Source: a virus (Duplodnaviria; Caudoviricetes). Taken from it: DNA of 45,906 bases. The stretch covers positions 1-45,906 of the IMG/VR virus record IMGVR_UViG_3300013767_000014. One strand, written 5' to 3'. The notes under the pieces are model-generated. The model had not been told where the DNA came from. It ran no database searches and was given only the letters and a program-made list of their open reading frames with translations. This document shows, in pieces, positions 17,095-27,645 of the stretch (positions within the stretch are counted from its first letter, which is position 1; each line of letters opens with the position of its first letter). Position numbers and translations under genes: made by a program.

Positions 17095-18252
17095 ATGGCT
17101 ATCGTCGGTGGAGTGGCTGCTGCCGGTATTGGCGCGGCGGGCTCTGTGATGTCTGCGGATGCCACCTCCAGTGCGCAACAATCCGCTGCTCAGAACGCTA
17201 ACGCCCCATGGAGCGCTGCACAGCCCTACATTAGTGGCCAGTTCGGTAACGCACAAACCGCCCTTCAGAACGCCCAGAACATGGGTGTCTACGGTGGTGA
17301 GCGTGTCGCTGGTCTCAACCCCTACCAGACTCAAGCAGCTGATGCTGCCGGTGGTTGGGCAAACGGTAACGGTGCTGCGAGCGCCAACGGTCTCTACAGT
17401 TCCGGCATGGGAATGCTTGGAGCTGGACAACAGTTCAACAACAACGCTGGTCAGCTCTACGGTAACTCGCAGACCAACCAGACTCAGAACTTCCTGAACA
17501 CAGCTGGCCAATACGCCAACAATCCGTACGTCAATCAGATGATCGACGCTGCGAATATGGACGTATCTCGCGATCTCAACGAGACGCAGCTACCCTCGCT
17601 GGCCCTCACGGCCGCCGGTGCCGGTAACACTGACTCCACGCGTACTGGTGTCGAGTCTGCCCTCCTGCAATCTCGTGCCCAGCAGAACATGCTGAACAAC
17701 GCTAGTACCATTCGCGGCAACATGTTCAACACTGGTCTCAACATGGCCCAGTCGCAGTACAACACCCAACAGTCTCAGGCACTCAGTGCCAACCAGCAGC
17801 TCGGCTCTGGCTACGGGATGGGAATGGACTCGATCACTGGTGCTAACAACCTGGCAGGTAACAACTTCAACCTCGGCTCGCAAGCTGGTGGTGTGTACCA
17901 AGGTCAACAACAAGCGCAAGACCAGGCCGCATACAACACGTTCCAGGAACAGCAGAATACCCCGATGAACCTCATCGGCCAGTATATGAACGTGATTAAC
18001 GGTAAGTGGGGTGGCCCTGCGATTTCCTCGACTGGTCCCTCTGCTGGTGCTGCGGGTCTCCAAGGTGGCCTTGGTGCTGGATTGATGGGCTATGGCCTCA
18101 TGAACCAGTACGGTTCTGGAGGTACCACCGACTATGGTGGTCTGACCAACGGGGCAGCTTCGTCCGCTGGAAACATGAGCTACAGCTCGGCTGGTAATCC
18201 GATCGATCTGTATGGCATGGGTGGCATCACGCCTAGCTTCGGGAGTATGTAA
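17095..18252 (+). CDS. Internal virion / DNA ejection protein
   Basis: Gly/Ala/Gln/Asn-rich with a hydrophobic N-terminus; lies after the GNAT gene. Confidence 0.7.
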   Translation: MAIVGGVAAAGIGAAGSVMSADATSSAQQSAAQNANAPWSAAQPYISGQFGNAQTALQNAQNMGVYGGERVAGLNPYQTQAADAAGGWANGNGAASANGLYSSGMGMLGAGQQFNNNAGQLYGNSQTNQTQNFLNTAGQYANNPYVNQMIDAANMDVSRDLNETQLPSLALTAAGAGNTDSTRTGVESALLQSRAQQNMLNNASTIRGNMFNTGLNMAQSQYNTQQSQALSANQQLGSGYGMGMDSITGANNLAGNNFNLGSQAGGVYQGQQQAQDQAAYNTFQEQQNTPMNLIGQYMNVINGKWGGPAISSTGPSAGAAGLQGGLGAGLMGYGLMNQYGSGGTTDYGGLTNGAASSAGNMSYSSAGNPIDLYGMGGITPSFGSM

Positions 18253-19481
18253 TGGGGTTTCTTGATTATCTCGCACAAGCGGGTGGTTGGTATGTGCCCC
18301 AAGCGGTCGCAACGGCTGCTGGTGGTAACACCGACTATCCGGACCAGGTCTCCCGCATGATGGCCAATGGCTCGGTACCCTCGAGGTCGCTGCCACAGGA
18401 TCCCAAGTACAACCTGGGTAACTGGGCTGGAGCCCCTCAGATGGGCAATGCGCTGCTGCCTTACATGCAGACTGGGCTGGGCTCACCTGGTGACCTGTCG
18501 TTCGGTATGGGCGCTCCTGGAGGTCTTGACCAGAGCAAGATGCAGGACTTCAGTCAGCAAGCTCAGGCTCCAGCGTCTGACCCCCAAGGATCTGCACCGG
18601 ATCAACCTCAGGGTATCCAAGGTGGTCTAGGTCCGAACGATACGCGGTACCGAGATCCGATGAATGAGGGTCTCATGGCCGCAGGCGCGGCGCTGATGTC
18701 CAATGCTGTCCCGAGGCTCGGCCCGAACGGAGTACCCATCAGCGGTGGCTTCGGTCAGGGTGCTGGTGAAGCCATGAAGGCGTTCCAGGACACGGCTAAC
18801 AATCGGATCGATTCGAACATCGCACTGAACCAGCCCCGGGTCACTCCGCTGGCTGACGGTGCTTTCTCGATGGTCCACTCCCTTGGCCAGGCACCTCAGG
18901 TCGTTCCGAACGGAAAGGTTCAGGACTTCCTCGTCGGCAAGACGGTTCTCGCGAACCAGCTGGCCATGAACAAGGTGTTGATGCAGTCCAACCTGAACAT
19001 GCAGCGTGACCAGTCCCGTGACGACCGTAAGAACGCCGACGAGTACCAGAAGCAACTGGTGCAGACCGAGCAGGCAATCATGAACGTGAAGCGTGCCCAG
19101 GCCGCTCTCGATCAGCATGGTGCGGGCGACCAGGTCGCAGGCATGTTCCCTGGTGTCGCAGGTATGTTCGCGCCTGATCGTGCCAACCGGAACCTCCAGC
19201 TCAAGAACGCCGCCATTGACACCCTGCTCGCTCAAGGTGCCATGAAGTCCGGTGCTCTTACCCAAGGTCAGTCCGAGGCTCTCTCGGGTGACGTGCCTGA
19301 GCTCTCTGCCAGCCGCGACGTCTGGGCTCCGTTCCTGCAGCGACGTCTCGAGGCCCTCAGCGCCTATCACGACTTCCAGTCGCGCCAGGTCAACAAGTCC
19401 AATCCGACTCCGACCCAAGGCTTCTCCACCCAGGGGACCAGTAATGTTCCCCGAAGCGGCGGAGTCCTCTTCAACTACTAA
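18252..19481 (+). CDS. Internal virion / DNA ejection protein
   Basis: 409 aa, helical and Gln/Ala-rich; supported by synteny. Confidence 0.65.
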   Translation: MGFLDYLAQAGGWYVPQAVATAAGGNTDYPDQVSRMMANGSVPSRSLPQDPKYNLGNWAGAPQMGNALLPYMQTGLGSPGDLSFGMGAPGGLDQSKMQDFSQQAQAPASDPQGSAPDQPQGIQGGLGPNDTRYRDPMNEGLMAAGAALMSNAVPRLGPNGVPISGGFGQGAGEAMKAFQDTANNRIDSNIALNQPRVTPLADGAFSMVHSLGQAPQVVPNGKVQDFLVGKTVLANQLAMNKVLMQSNLNMQRDQSRDDRKNADEYQKQLVQTEQAIMNVKRAQAALDQHGAGDQVAGMFPGVAGMFAPDRANRNLQLKNAAIDTLLAQGAMKSGALTQGQSEALSGDVPELSASRDVWAPFLQRRLEALSAYHDFQSRQVNKSNPTPTQGFSTQGTSNVPRSGGVLFNY

Positions 19482-19496
19482 CCGTAAGGGGCTGTT

Positions 19497-22043
19497 TTGA
19501 GCGATCTCAACGCAATGATTAGTAATGCCCTTGCAGACCCGAGGGCGCAGGTTTTCCTGCATGGCCTCTCGGCTGCGGAAGGGACCGCTCAACACGAAAA
19601 CCCGTACGCTGTTTCGTTTGGTGGTTCGACCCTCAGTGACCTGAGTGCGCACCCTGGCACGAGTCGGAGCTTCACCCAGACTGATGGGAAGAAGAACACG
19701 ACAACTGCTGCGGGTGCGTACCAGTTCACCAAGGGTACCTGGGACGAAGCAGCGAAGGCCCTGAACCTGACGGACTTCGGTCCTGAGTCGCAAGACAAGG
19801 CCGCGCTGTATCTGGCCCACAAGCACGGTGCCCTCGATGACATCCTAAGCGGAAACTTCCGACCAGCTGTCGACAAGCTCGGTGGTGAATGGGCGTCTCT
19901 CCCGTCGTCTCGAGCTCCGCAGAACAAGCGCTCCGAGCAGTTCATGGCTGACGCTTTTGCCAAGGCAGCTGACCGTGTAGGGCAAAGCTCTGGAGGCCAA
20001 ACGGCAGCACCAGGTCAGCCAGGTGGTGGTACCGGCTCCGGTGCCTACTTTGGAAACGATATCTTCTCCCAGCCTGACAGCTCCCCTGCTCCTGACGCTG
20101 CTTCTACTGCTCCTCAGTCGCAAGGTTTCCTGGACAAGGCTGGCAACTGGCTGTCTGATGCGGTTACCCGTATTAACGACCACCCTCTCCAGGCTGTCGA
20201 TGATGCCATGCGTGGTGTCGCTAATGGCCTGACCTTCGGATACGCAGACAAGGCTGCAGCTGCCGCGAACTCTGCAGTCAAGGGCACAGCCTACGACGAC
20301 GAGATCAAGGCCCAGAGAGCCCAGACGGAGGCCGGTGGCCCCATCGAAACTCTCGGTGAGCTCGGCAGTGGTTTCCTACTTCCCGTGGGTGCCACAGGTG
20401 CTGCCATGAAGGCCCTCCCGACTGCCAGTCGTACCGCAAAGGTACTCGCAGGAGCTGGTGCCGGTGCCGTCGAAGGTGGTCTGAATTACACAGGCCGCAC
20501 CGATGGCCCTATCGATGCTGGCAACCTGGCGGCTTCTGCGGCCCTTGGAGGCCTCCTCGGAGGTACGGCTGGGGCTATCACACCCCACACCGTCGATCAG
20601 CGAGCTGAGACGTTCCTACGCGGTTCTGGAAGTGATATCCAGCAGGCAGCTCGAGACGCTCAGATCGTCCAGGATGCTCGCAAGATGTTCGGACGGTCGA
20701 CCCAGGGTGACACAGTTCTCCAGGCAGCTCAGGCCAACCAGCTCGCCAACAGTTACACCCAGCAGGCCCAGACAGCTCTGCGTGATATGCCGAAGTCGGA
20801 TGAACGCCAGGCGCTCCTACGGGCCCTTGATGGCTCCGATGGTAAGTCGCAGCTCAGTGACGAAGCGCTTAACGCTCTACGGGCATCTCCTGCCGGTGAC
20901 ATCGTCGCTAATGCGATTCAGATGCGCCAGCGTGCTATGTCCCTGACTGCCGCTACGCCAGCTGGTGATGCCCTATGGCAGCGTGCTGGTCGATTCATGA
21001 TCGACAACGGTGGTGGCCATGTTCTTGGCGCTGCCGGTCTGGCCCATGGTAATCCCCTGGGGCTGGCCATGTTCACCCAGGCTGGCCGAGACGCTCTCAA
21101 GGGCATGATGGGTATGCGACAGACGCGTACCGCCAACATCCAGGCGCTACTGGACCGTGGAGAGAACGCTGCAGCCTTCCTGCAGAAGTACCCAACGGTC
21201 GGCCAGAGTGGCTTCCAACAGGGAATCCAAGACCTGAACTCGATGGCTCAACAAGCCACCGCAAAGCAGGCTGCGGACAACCTGGCCAAGGCAGCTGCCA
21301 ACCAGGCGAACAAGGATCCGACGAACATCATTGGCCTGGGTAACCCCAACGGTGTCCCACGCAACGCCAAGCAGATGACGGAGTTCTCGGACACCATGCG
21401 TCACTGGATGGAGAACTCTCCGGAAACCCAGGCGGCGCAGGCCCAGATGGCCCAGCAAGCAGCTGCACAACAGGCTCAACAAGCCCTGGCTGCACAGCAG
21501 GCTCGCAATGAGCTCACCAAGGCAACCCGTATGCCTCTGGGTGGTGGTTACCAGGAGCTCCTCCAAGGTGGACGGTCGGGGCTGAATATGACCTCCGCAG
21601 AGGCAAATGCAGGCCTCCGTGTCCTGGCTAACCATCCGACCCTCTCTGCTGCAGCTAACGAGATGCGTCATACCGGCGCTGTGGCCGATACCACCCAGTT
21701 CTATGCCCTCCAGAACGCCCTCAGAGGCCTCAAGGAGAAGGGAATGTTCGGTGGTGTCACTCCAGCATCCGTAATGCAGTCCCCTGGTATGACCATGGAG
21801 CAGGCAATGCGCCTGGCTGCGTACAAGGCTGGTGCTCAGAACCGCCAAAAGCTCATGGATGCAGTCGCTAAGGCAGCTCCGAACGGCGATATGGAAGTTC
21901 TCGCCCGGGTAATGGGTGCTGAACCCTCTAAATCTGCCCGTGCAGGTCTCCTGAAGCAGCATCTTGAAGGCGCAACTGGCGACGCAAAGACCTGGATGGA
22001 CGGTTATCTGTCGAAGATGGTCGATTACGCAAATAAACAGTGA
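19497..22043 (+). CDS. Large ejection protein with an N-terminal lambda-R-type lytic transglycosylase domain
   Basis: AEGT...PY..FGG...HP...TAAGAYQF...TW...DFGPESQDKAA...EWASLP motif, followed by an Ala-rich helical body. Confidence 0.85.
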   Translation: MSDLNAMISNALADPRAQVFLHGLSAAEGTAQHENPYAVSFGGSTLSDLSAHPGTSRSFTQTDGKKNTTTAAGAYQFTKGTWDEAAKALNLTDFGPESQDKAALYLAHKHGALDDILSGNFRPAVDKLGGEWASLPSSRAPQNKRSEQFMADAFAKAADRVGQSSGGQTAAPGQPGGGTGSGAYFGNDIFSQPDSSPAPDAASTAPQSQGFLDKAGNWLSDAVTRINDHPLQAVDDAMRGVANGLTFGYADKAAAAANSAVKGTAYDDEIKAQRAQTEAGGPIETLGELGSGFLLPVGATGAAMKALPTASRTAKVLAGAGAGAVEGGLNYTGRTDGPIDAGNLAASAALGGLLGGTAGAITPHTVDQRAETFLRGSGSDIQQAARDAQIVQDARKMFGRSTQGDTVLQAAQANQLANSYTQQAQTALRDMPKSDERQALLRALDGSDGKSQLSDEALNALRASPAGDIVANAIQMRQRAMSLTAATPAGDALWQRAGRFMIDNGGGHVLGAAGLAHGNPLGLAMFTQAGRDALKGMMGMRQTRTANIQALLDRGENAAAFLQKYPTVGQSGFQQGIQDLNSMAQQATAKQAADNLAKAAANQANKDPTNIIGLGNPNGVPRNAKQMTEFSDTMRHWMENSPETQAAQAQMAQQAAAQQAQQALAAQQARNELTKATRMPLGGGYQELLQGGRSGLNMTSAEANAGLRVLANHPTLSAAANEMRHTGAVADTTQFYALQNALRGLKEKGMFGGVTPASVMQSPGMTMEQAMRLAAYKAGAQNRQKLMDAVAKAAPNGDMEVLARVMGAEPSKSARAGLLKQHLEGATGDAKTWMDGYLSKMVDYANKQ

Positions 22044-22303
22044 AAACACTCGACGTTTTGAACCTCTGGGAAGCCTTTAACAAGGTGTTTGAGGCCCCAG
22101 TACTAACGAACGAAGAAAAGGCAGCAATTGGCGGGGAGATCCTCCGTCAGTTGCCCGATGCCGAGCTCTTCGTGACCTCCCACGAGACCCTGAAGGCCTG
22201 CAAACGGTCGATCAAGGCCCGTGTGGGCGAATTGGTGGAGAAAGAAGTTGGAAGAGAAGCCCAAGCAAAGGGGCCCACGCGGCGGAAGAGTCAAGGAGCG
22301 TAA
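22040..22303 (+). CDS. Hypothetical protein
   Basis: 87-aa ORF coupled by GTGA to the upstream gene. Confidence 0.65.
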   Translation: MKTLDVLNLWEAFNKVFEAPVLTNEEKAAIGGEILRQLPDAELFVTSHETLKACKRSIKARVGELVEKEVGREAQAKGPTRRKSQGA

Positions 22304-22715
22304 TCGCGGTCCTGGATTCGCGAAGATGTTTGAGACACCCGAGGGTCGAGCTCAGATGGCTGAGTGGCGCTCTCGGATTAAGAACCGAGGACGTCCAGCA
22401 GGCTCTACCAACGGCTACACCAGGCATCAACGAAACAAACTCATTGCCAAGGCATCAGCTGAGGCAAAGCTAATGGTGGACTACATGGAAAAGAAAGGCA
22501 TGGTGACCTTCAAGGACGACATCGGTCGAGAAGCGCTCGAATTCGCTATCGGCATCGTGCGTCGTCCTGATGTCCCGATTAAGGATCAGCTCACTGCATC
22601 TCGCACAGTCCTGGACTTCACGATGGCAAAACCTGCCTCGGAGACCACGGTTAATGTGAAGAAGGCAGAAGACTTCCTGACCGACCTGGCTGCGGAGATG
22701 AAGCTAGACAAATGA
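22221..22715 (+). CDS. Probable terminase small subunit (start uncertain)
   Basis: Basic GRPAGS motif, helical; immediately upstream of and overlapping terL. Confidence 0.65.
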   Translation: MWANWWRKKLEEKPKQRGPRGGRVKERNRGPGFAKMFETPEGRAQMAEWRSRIKNRGRPAGSTNGYTRHQRNKLIAKASAEAKLMVDYMEKKGMVTFKDDIGREALEFAIGIVRRPDVPIKDQLTASRTVLDFTMAKPASETTVNVKKAEDFLTDLAAEMKLDK

Positions 22716-24280
22716 CGGATACGAGCGCTGTTCGCAGACGACTCTATGAGGATTTTGAGTTTTATGCGAAACACGCGCTAAAAATTCGTACGAAGGAGGG
22801 GACAGTCGTTCCCCTCGTCCTCAATGAGGCGCAAAAGATTTTCATGCGGGTGGTTATCAACCAGCTGCAGACAACCGGAAAGGTGCGTGTGGTGGTCCTA
22901 AAGGGACGCCAGCAAGGCCTTTCAACCATTATCGAAGGGATTATCTACTGGTGGACCAGCCAACACAAGGCGGTCAAAGCCATCGTGATGACCCACCTCG
23001 GGGAGAGTACCAAAGCACTGTTCGACATGTGCAAGCGGTACCACGAAAACTGTCCCGAGATTCTCAAGCCCCACACGAAGTACTCCTCGCGCAAAGAGCT
23101 CGCATTCGACATCCTCGACAGCTCTTACATGGTCGCGACGGCAGGCGGTGAAGGTGTGGGCCGAGGTGAAACCATCCAGCTCGCTCACCTCTCCGAAGCT
23201 GCGTTCTACCCTCCTGCAACGGCCCGAGACAACATCAACGGCTTGATGCAGGCCATTCCGAATGCCCCTGGCTCTTTCGTATTCGTAGAGTCCACGGCAA
23301 ATGGCATCGGGAATCCATTTCACGAGATCTGGACGAATGCAGTAAATGGCTCGAGCGAGTATGAGGCTATTTTCATTCCCTGGTACGTCCAGCAGGAATA
23401 CCGCATGCCGGTACCCGAGGGATTCGAAAGAACCCCTGAGGAAGAAAAGCTAGTCAATACCTACGGTCTGGACGACGAGCAGCTCATGTTCCGTCGACGC
23501 AAGATCGCAGTGAATGGTCCTGACATGTTCATGCAGGAATACCCATTCCACGCTGACGAGGCTTTCCTGACTTCTGGTCGCCCGGTATTCAACCCACCGC
23601 AGATCCAAGAGCTCATTGATAACTCCCCGGAGATCAAGCAGCGGCTCGAGCTGATCGGTGAGGAATTCGAAGAGGCCCCTCGAGGGGATCTCGTCCTCTA
23701 CCGCTACCACAACCCTGGCGAGACCTATTACATCGGCGCTGACGTGGCCATGGGGATCCGAGGCGGTGACTGGTCTGTGGCCCAGATCCTGGACAGTAAG
23801 AAACGCCAGGTCGGGATTTACCGCAGCCAGGTCCACCCAGATTACTTCGCCACTGTCCTGGAAAAGCTAGGGCATTTCTTCAATACCGCAAAGATTGCCG
23901 TCGAAAACAATAACCACGGCATTTTGACGGCTACCCGATTAGGCAAAGACCTTGCGTACCCGAACCTCTATTTCGAAACCCAAGTTGACAAGCAAACCGA
24001 AGACGAAACCGTTACCTTCGGCTTCCGCACCACAGTCAAAACCAAGCCCCTCATTATCGACAAACTCCGTCAAGCCTTCCGGGAACAAGACATCAAAGTC
24101 CACGACAAGCTGACCTTGCGTGAATGCCTGACCTACGTGGTCAAGGATGACGGAAAGATGGAAGCGGAGGCTGGGTGTTTCGATGACTGTGTCATGTCTC
24201 TCGCAATCGCGAATTTTATCCACGATGGCCACTTCACCCCTATTGAGGTGACAAGTGACTACTACATTGAAATGATTTAA
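22712..24280 (+). CDS. terL: Terminase large subunit
   Basis: LKGRQQGLST Walker A, HLSEAAF Walker B, ESTANG, IGADVA, VENNNHG and DDCVMSLAIA motifs. Confidence 0.96.
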   Translation: MTDTSAVRRRLYEDFEFYAKHALKIRTKEGTVVPLVLNEAQKIFMRVVINQLQTTGKVRVVVLKGRQQGLSTIIEGIIYWWTSQHKAVKAIVMTHLGESTKALFDMCKRYHENCPEILKPHTKYSSRKELAFDILDSSYMVATAGGEGVGRGETIQLAHLSEAAFYPPATARDNINGLMQAIPNAPGSFVFVESTANGIGNPFHEIWTNAVNGSSEYEAIFIPWYVQQEYRMPVPEGFERTPEEEKLVNTYGLDDEQLMFRRRKIAVNGPDMFMQEYPFHADEAFLTSGRPVFNPPQIQELIDNSPEIKQRLELIGEEFEEAPRGDLVLYRYHNPGETYYIGADVAMGIRGGDWSVAQILDSKKRQVGIYRSQVHPDYFATVLEKLGHFFNTAKIAVENNNHGILTATRLGKDLAYPNLYFETQVDKQTEDETVTFGFRTTVKTKPLIIDKLRQAFREQDIKVHDKLTLRECLTYVVKDDGKMEAEAGCFDDCVMSLAIANFIHDGHFTPIEVTSDYYIEMI

Positions 24281-26334
24281 TGGCAAAGGCTAAGAAGTTT
24301 CAGCCTGTGGACGATAGTCAGCTGAAGGTCATCGTAGGTAAGCATGTGCAATCCAGCGTGCTCTACTACGACAGCAAACTGTCCAAAGAGCGCACGGATG
24401 TCATGGAGTATTACCATGGTCAACGTCCAAAACCAGCTCACGCAGGTAACTCGAAGTACGTCAGTATGGACGTATTCGATGCAGTCGAAAGCCTGAAGGC
24501 AGTATTACTCGAAACCTTCAGCGCAGGTAACAGAATCGTTTCCTATGATCCGCAGACACCACAGGATGTCGAAGCGATGCGGATTGCCACGGAGTATGCC
24601 GATTATGTAGTCCACCGGCAAAATGACTCCTTCAATATCTTCTCCCAGCTCATCCAGGATGGTCTGATGGCCCGCACAGGTGTCGTCAAGATCTACTGGG
24701 ACGAGCGTGTCGAGGAGCAGGAGGAGGAGTTCTCCAACGTCACCATGGACCAGGCCGAGCTGCTGCTCCAGGATCCAGACGTCAGTGATGTTTCGGTCGA
24801 GCTGGACCCAGATACGGGACTGTTCAATGGCACGCTCAAGCGCAAGGTTGACAAAAGCCAGGTCAAGGTTGACGTAATTCCCTCCGAGGAATTCCTGATC
24901 ACCTCGACGTCCCCATCCATCGACGCTGCTCCTTTTGTGGCACACCGGACCCGTAAGACCCGCACCGAGCTCATCGCCATGGGTTACCCGAAGTCCAAGG
25001 TCTACGACATCGATGACAACGATGGCTCTGACGAGCTCAACATGGATCCGGAACGCCTGGCGCGATTCCAGGACATCGGTGTCGGTAGTCTGAACCTGGA
25101 CGATGACAACACCAACCAGGAACAGACCGAACATGTGATTGTGTACGAAGCGTACATCTACATCGACATGGACGGGTCCGGTGAAGCGAAGCTGTGGAAA
25201 ATCACCATGGCTGGTAACACCATCCTGGACAAGGAACAGGTCGACAAGAAGCCTTTCCTGAGCTTCACGCCTATCCCCCTCTCCCACGCCTTCTACGGCT
25301 CCAACTACGCTGCTCGTGTCATCCCCACTCAGAACGCCCGTACGGTGCTCGTAAGAGGGATTCTCGACCACACAGTGATCACGAACAACCCTCGCATGAT
25401 GGTTGTGAAGGGTGCCGTACAGAACCCCAAGGAGCTCCTGGAGAACCGTGTTGGTGGCCTGGTGAATGTCACACGACCTGACGGCATCATCCCAATGCCT
25501 CAGAGCGGCCTGAACCCGTTTGTGTTCCAGACGATTCAGCTGTTGGATGACGACAAGGAAGAAGTCACTGGCGTCTCGAAGCTCTCGCAAGGTTTGAACA
25601 AGGATGCAGTCTCGAAGCAGAACAGCCAGGCTATGGTCGAGAACCTAGTCTCTCTGTCTCAGCAACGAGAGAAGATCATCGCTCGCAATTTCGCGAACCA
25701 GTTCATCAAGCCCCTCTACCTCGAGGTGTATCGCCTGGTGCTGCTCAACGAGAAGCAGGAGAAGATCGTCCGCGTCGCTGGCAACTTCGTCCCGGTTAAA
25801 CCGCAAGAGTGGGCCGAAGAGGTTACCTGCACCATCGAGCTCAAGCTCGGCTACGGTGAACAGGAAGCTGAAGCACAGATGATGATGGGCATCCACACAG
25901 CCCTCGCTAGCGATCCTGCTAACGCTCGTATGTACGGTGAGAACAACCGCTACTACCTGGCTACGCAGATCCTAGAAAAGCGAGGACGCAAGGATGTCGC
26001 CCAGATCCTGACGAACCCTGCCACCCTCCCGCCGCCTCAACCAGACCCAATGCAAGTCAAGCAGATGGAGCTGGAAGAACGCCAGGTCGCTGTCCAGGAA
26101 CAAGTCGCTCAGACATCTTCGCAGAAGGTCTCCGATCACGCCCAGCTCGAATCTATGCGTCTGCAGCTTGAACGCATGCAGAAGCAGATGGATGCAATGT
26201 CCAAGAACCGTGAGCTGGATATCAAGGAGTTCTCCGCATCGAGTGAACTGGCTCTGAAGGCTCATGAGCTGGAGCTGGTCGAGAAGGAGATGGAGATGAA
26301 TCCTCCGCAGACCCAGGCAGTTGTCAAAGCCTAA
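24280..26334 (+). CDS. Portal protein (P22/SU10-like, with C-terminal coiled-coil barrel)
   Basis: 684 aa immediately after terL; GVVKIYW and TGVSKLSQG motifs and a long Q/E coiled coil. Confidence 0.92.
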   Translation: MAKAKKFQPVDDSQLKVIVGKHVQSSVLYYDSKLSKERTDVMEYYHGQRPKPAHAGNSKYVSMDVFDAVESLKAVLLETFSAGNRIVSYDPQTPQDVEAMRIATEYADYVVHRQNDSFNIFSQLIQDGLMARTGVVKIYWDERVEEQEEEFSNVTMDQAELLLQDPDVSDVSVELDPDTGLFNGTLKRKVDKSQVKVDVIPSEEFLITSTSPSIDAAPFVAHRTRKTRTELIAMGYPKSKVYDIDDNDGSDELNMDPERLARFQDIGVGSLNLDDDNTNQEQTEHVIVYEAYIYIDMDGSGEAKLWKITMAGNTILDKEQVDKKPFLSFTPIPLSHAFYGSNYAARVIPTQNARTVLVRGILDHTVITNNPRMMVVKGAVQNPKELLENRVGGLVNVTRPDGIIPMPQSGLNPFVFQTIQLLDDDKEEVTGVSKLSQGLNKDAVSKQNSQAMVENLVSLSQQREKIIARNFANQFIKPLYLEVYRLVLLNEKQEKIVRVAGNFVPVKPQEWAEEVTCTIELKLGYGEQEAEAQMMMGIHTALASDPANARMYGENNRYYLATQILEKRGRKDVAQILTNPATLPPPQPDPMQVKQMELEERQVAVQEQVAQTSSQKVSDHAQLESMRLQLERMQKQMDAMSKNRELDIKEFSASSELALKAHELELVEKEMEMNPPQTQAVVKA

Positions 26335-26337
26335 TCA

Positions 26338-26583
26338 ATGACCGAAGAACTAACGCTCCAACGTGGCCTGGCCGCTGAGGAGCTCCTCAAAAACGAGGCG
26401 TTCATCACATGCGTGAACGACCTCTACAACATCTATTTCTCAGAGATCACCTCGAGCCCCCTCGACGCGAAAGAGCTGCGTGAAAACCGCTTCTTTCAAC
26501 TCCGCGGCCTCCAGGACATCACTGCAGAACTCCAGAGCTGGGTCCATGCAAAAGACCGGCTCCTTACCCCAACTGAAGAGTAA
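26338..26583 (+). CDS. Small head-module protein
   Basis: 81 aa between portal and scaffold; RGLAAEELLKNEAF...RE..F motif. Confidence 0.75.
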   Translation: MTEELTLQRGLAAEELLKNEAFITCVNDLYNIYFSEITSSPLDAKELRENRFFQLRGLQDITAELQSWVHAKDRLLTPTEE

Positions 26584-26588
26584 AACCT

Positions 26589-27620
26589 ATGCCTACCACT
26601 ACCCAACTGGGCGTGGACACGTCCCTGCCGACCATTCTCGAAACTGATTCGGACGCAGCGGATGCATTTATGTCTCGATGGAGCGATACGGACCCTGAGA
26701 AGGTATCCAAAGATCCTGAGGACGAAGACCTGACTGATGCCGACGACGACGAGCAACAGCAGGAGGCCAACGAGCCTGAACAAGACGAAGACGAAACAGA
26801 AGCGGACCCTGAAGAGGAATCACAGGAGACCGAAGACGAATCCGAGGAAGAGTCTGAAGAGGAAGAGCCCAAGGGCAAGTACCTCGATGACGAAGCCAAG
26901 GTGAAGCTTCGCGTTGACGATGAGGAGCTCGAGGTATCCGTCAAGGATCTGAAGCGACTGTACGGGCAAGAGAAGGCCCTGACCAAGAAATCGCAAGCTG
27001 TTGCCGAGCAACGCAAGGCTACCGAAGCTGCAAACCAACGAGCTGCAGCCCAGCTGGACCGCCTCCACAAGAAGGCCTCTGAACGCTGGGAACCCTATTC
27101 GAAGATCGACATGCTCGTCGCTTCGAAGCAGCTCGATGCAGAACAATTCGCAGCCCTACGCGCTGAAGCTCAAGCAGCTTACGACGACTATCGGTTCGTC
27201 ACACAGGAGGTTGATTCGTTCGTCAAGGCAGCGAATGAACAACGCCAGCAAGACCTGCAGGTCCAGGCTAAGGAAGCCATCAAGACCCTGCAGGACACCG
27301 TCCCAAATTGGTCGCAAGCCCTGTACGACGAGATCTGTGCCTACGCAGTAGACAAAGGCATGGACGCGAATGTCGTCCGGAGCATGGTCGATCCCACCGC
27401 ATTGCAGCTCATCCACAAAGCAATGCAATTCGACAAGGCCAAGACCGTGACCACGAAGAAGGTCGTGCAACAGCCCAAGAAGATCCTCAAGACCACCAAG
27501 GCAGTCACTGCGAACGACGCCAAGGTCGACAAGACATCGAAGGCCAAACAACGCCTGAAAGCCTCGGGTACCACCGAGGACGCAGCGGATCTCTTCATGG
27601 CTCGCTGGGCGGCTGATTAA
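26589..27620 (+). CDS. Capsid scaffolding protein
   Basis: Highly acidic N-terminal half, coiled coil, and basic C-terminus; lies before the capsid gene. Confidence 0.85.
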   Translation: MPTTTQLGVDTSLPTILETDSDAADAFMSRWSDTDPEKVSKDPEDEDLTDADDDEQQQEANEPEQDEDETEADPEEESQETEDESEEESEEEEPKGKYLDDEAKVKLRVDDEELEVSVKDLKRLYGQEKALTKKSQAVAEQRKATEAANQRAAAQLDRLHKKASERWEPYSKIDMLVASKQLDAEQFAALRAEAQAAYDDYRFVTQEVDSFVKAANEQRQQDLQVQAKEAIKTLQDTVPNWSQALYDEICAYAVDKGMDANVVRSMVDPTALQLIHKAMQFDKAKTVTTKKVVQQPKKILKTTKAVTANDAKVDKTSKAKQRLKASGTTEDAADLFMARWAAD

Positions 27621-27645
27621 ACCCTCTCAATTCTAAGGAAGCTCC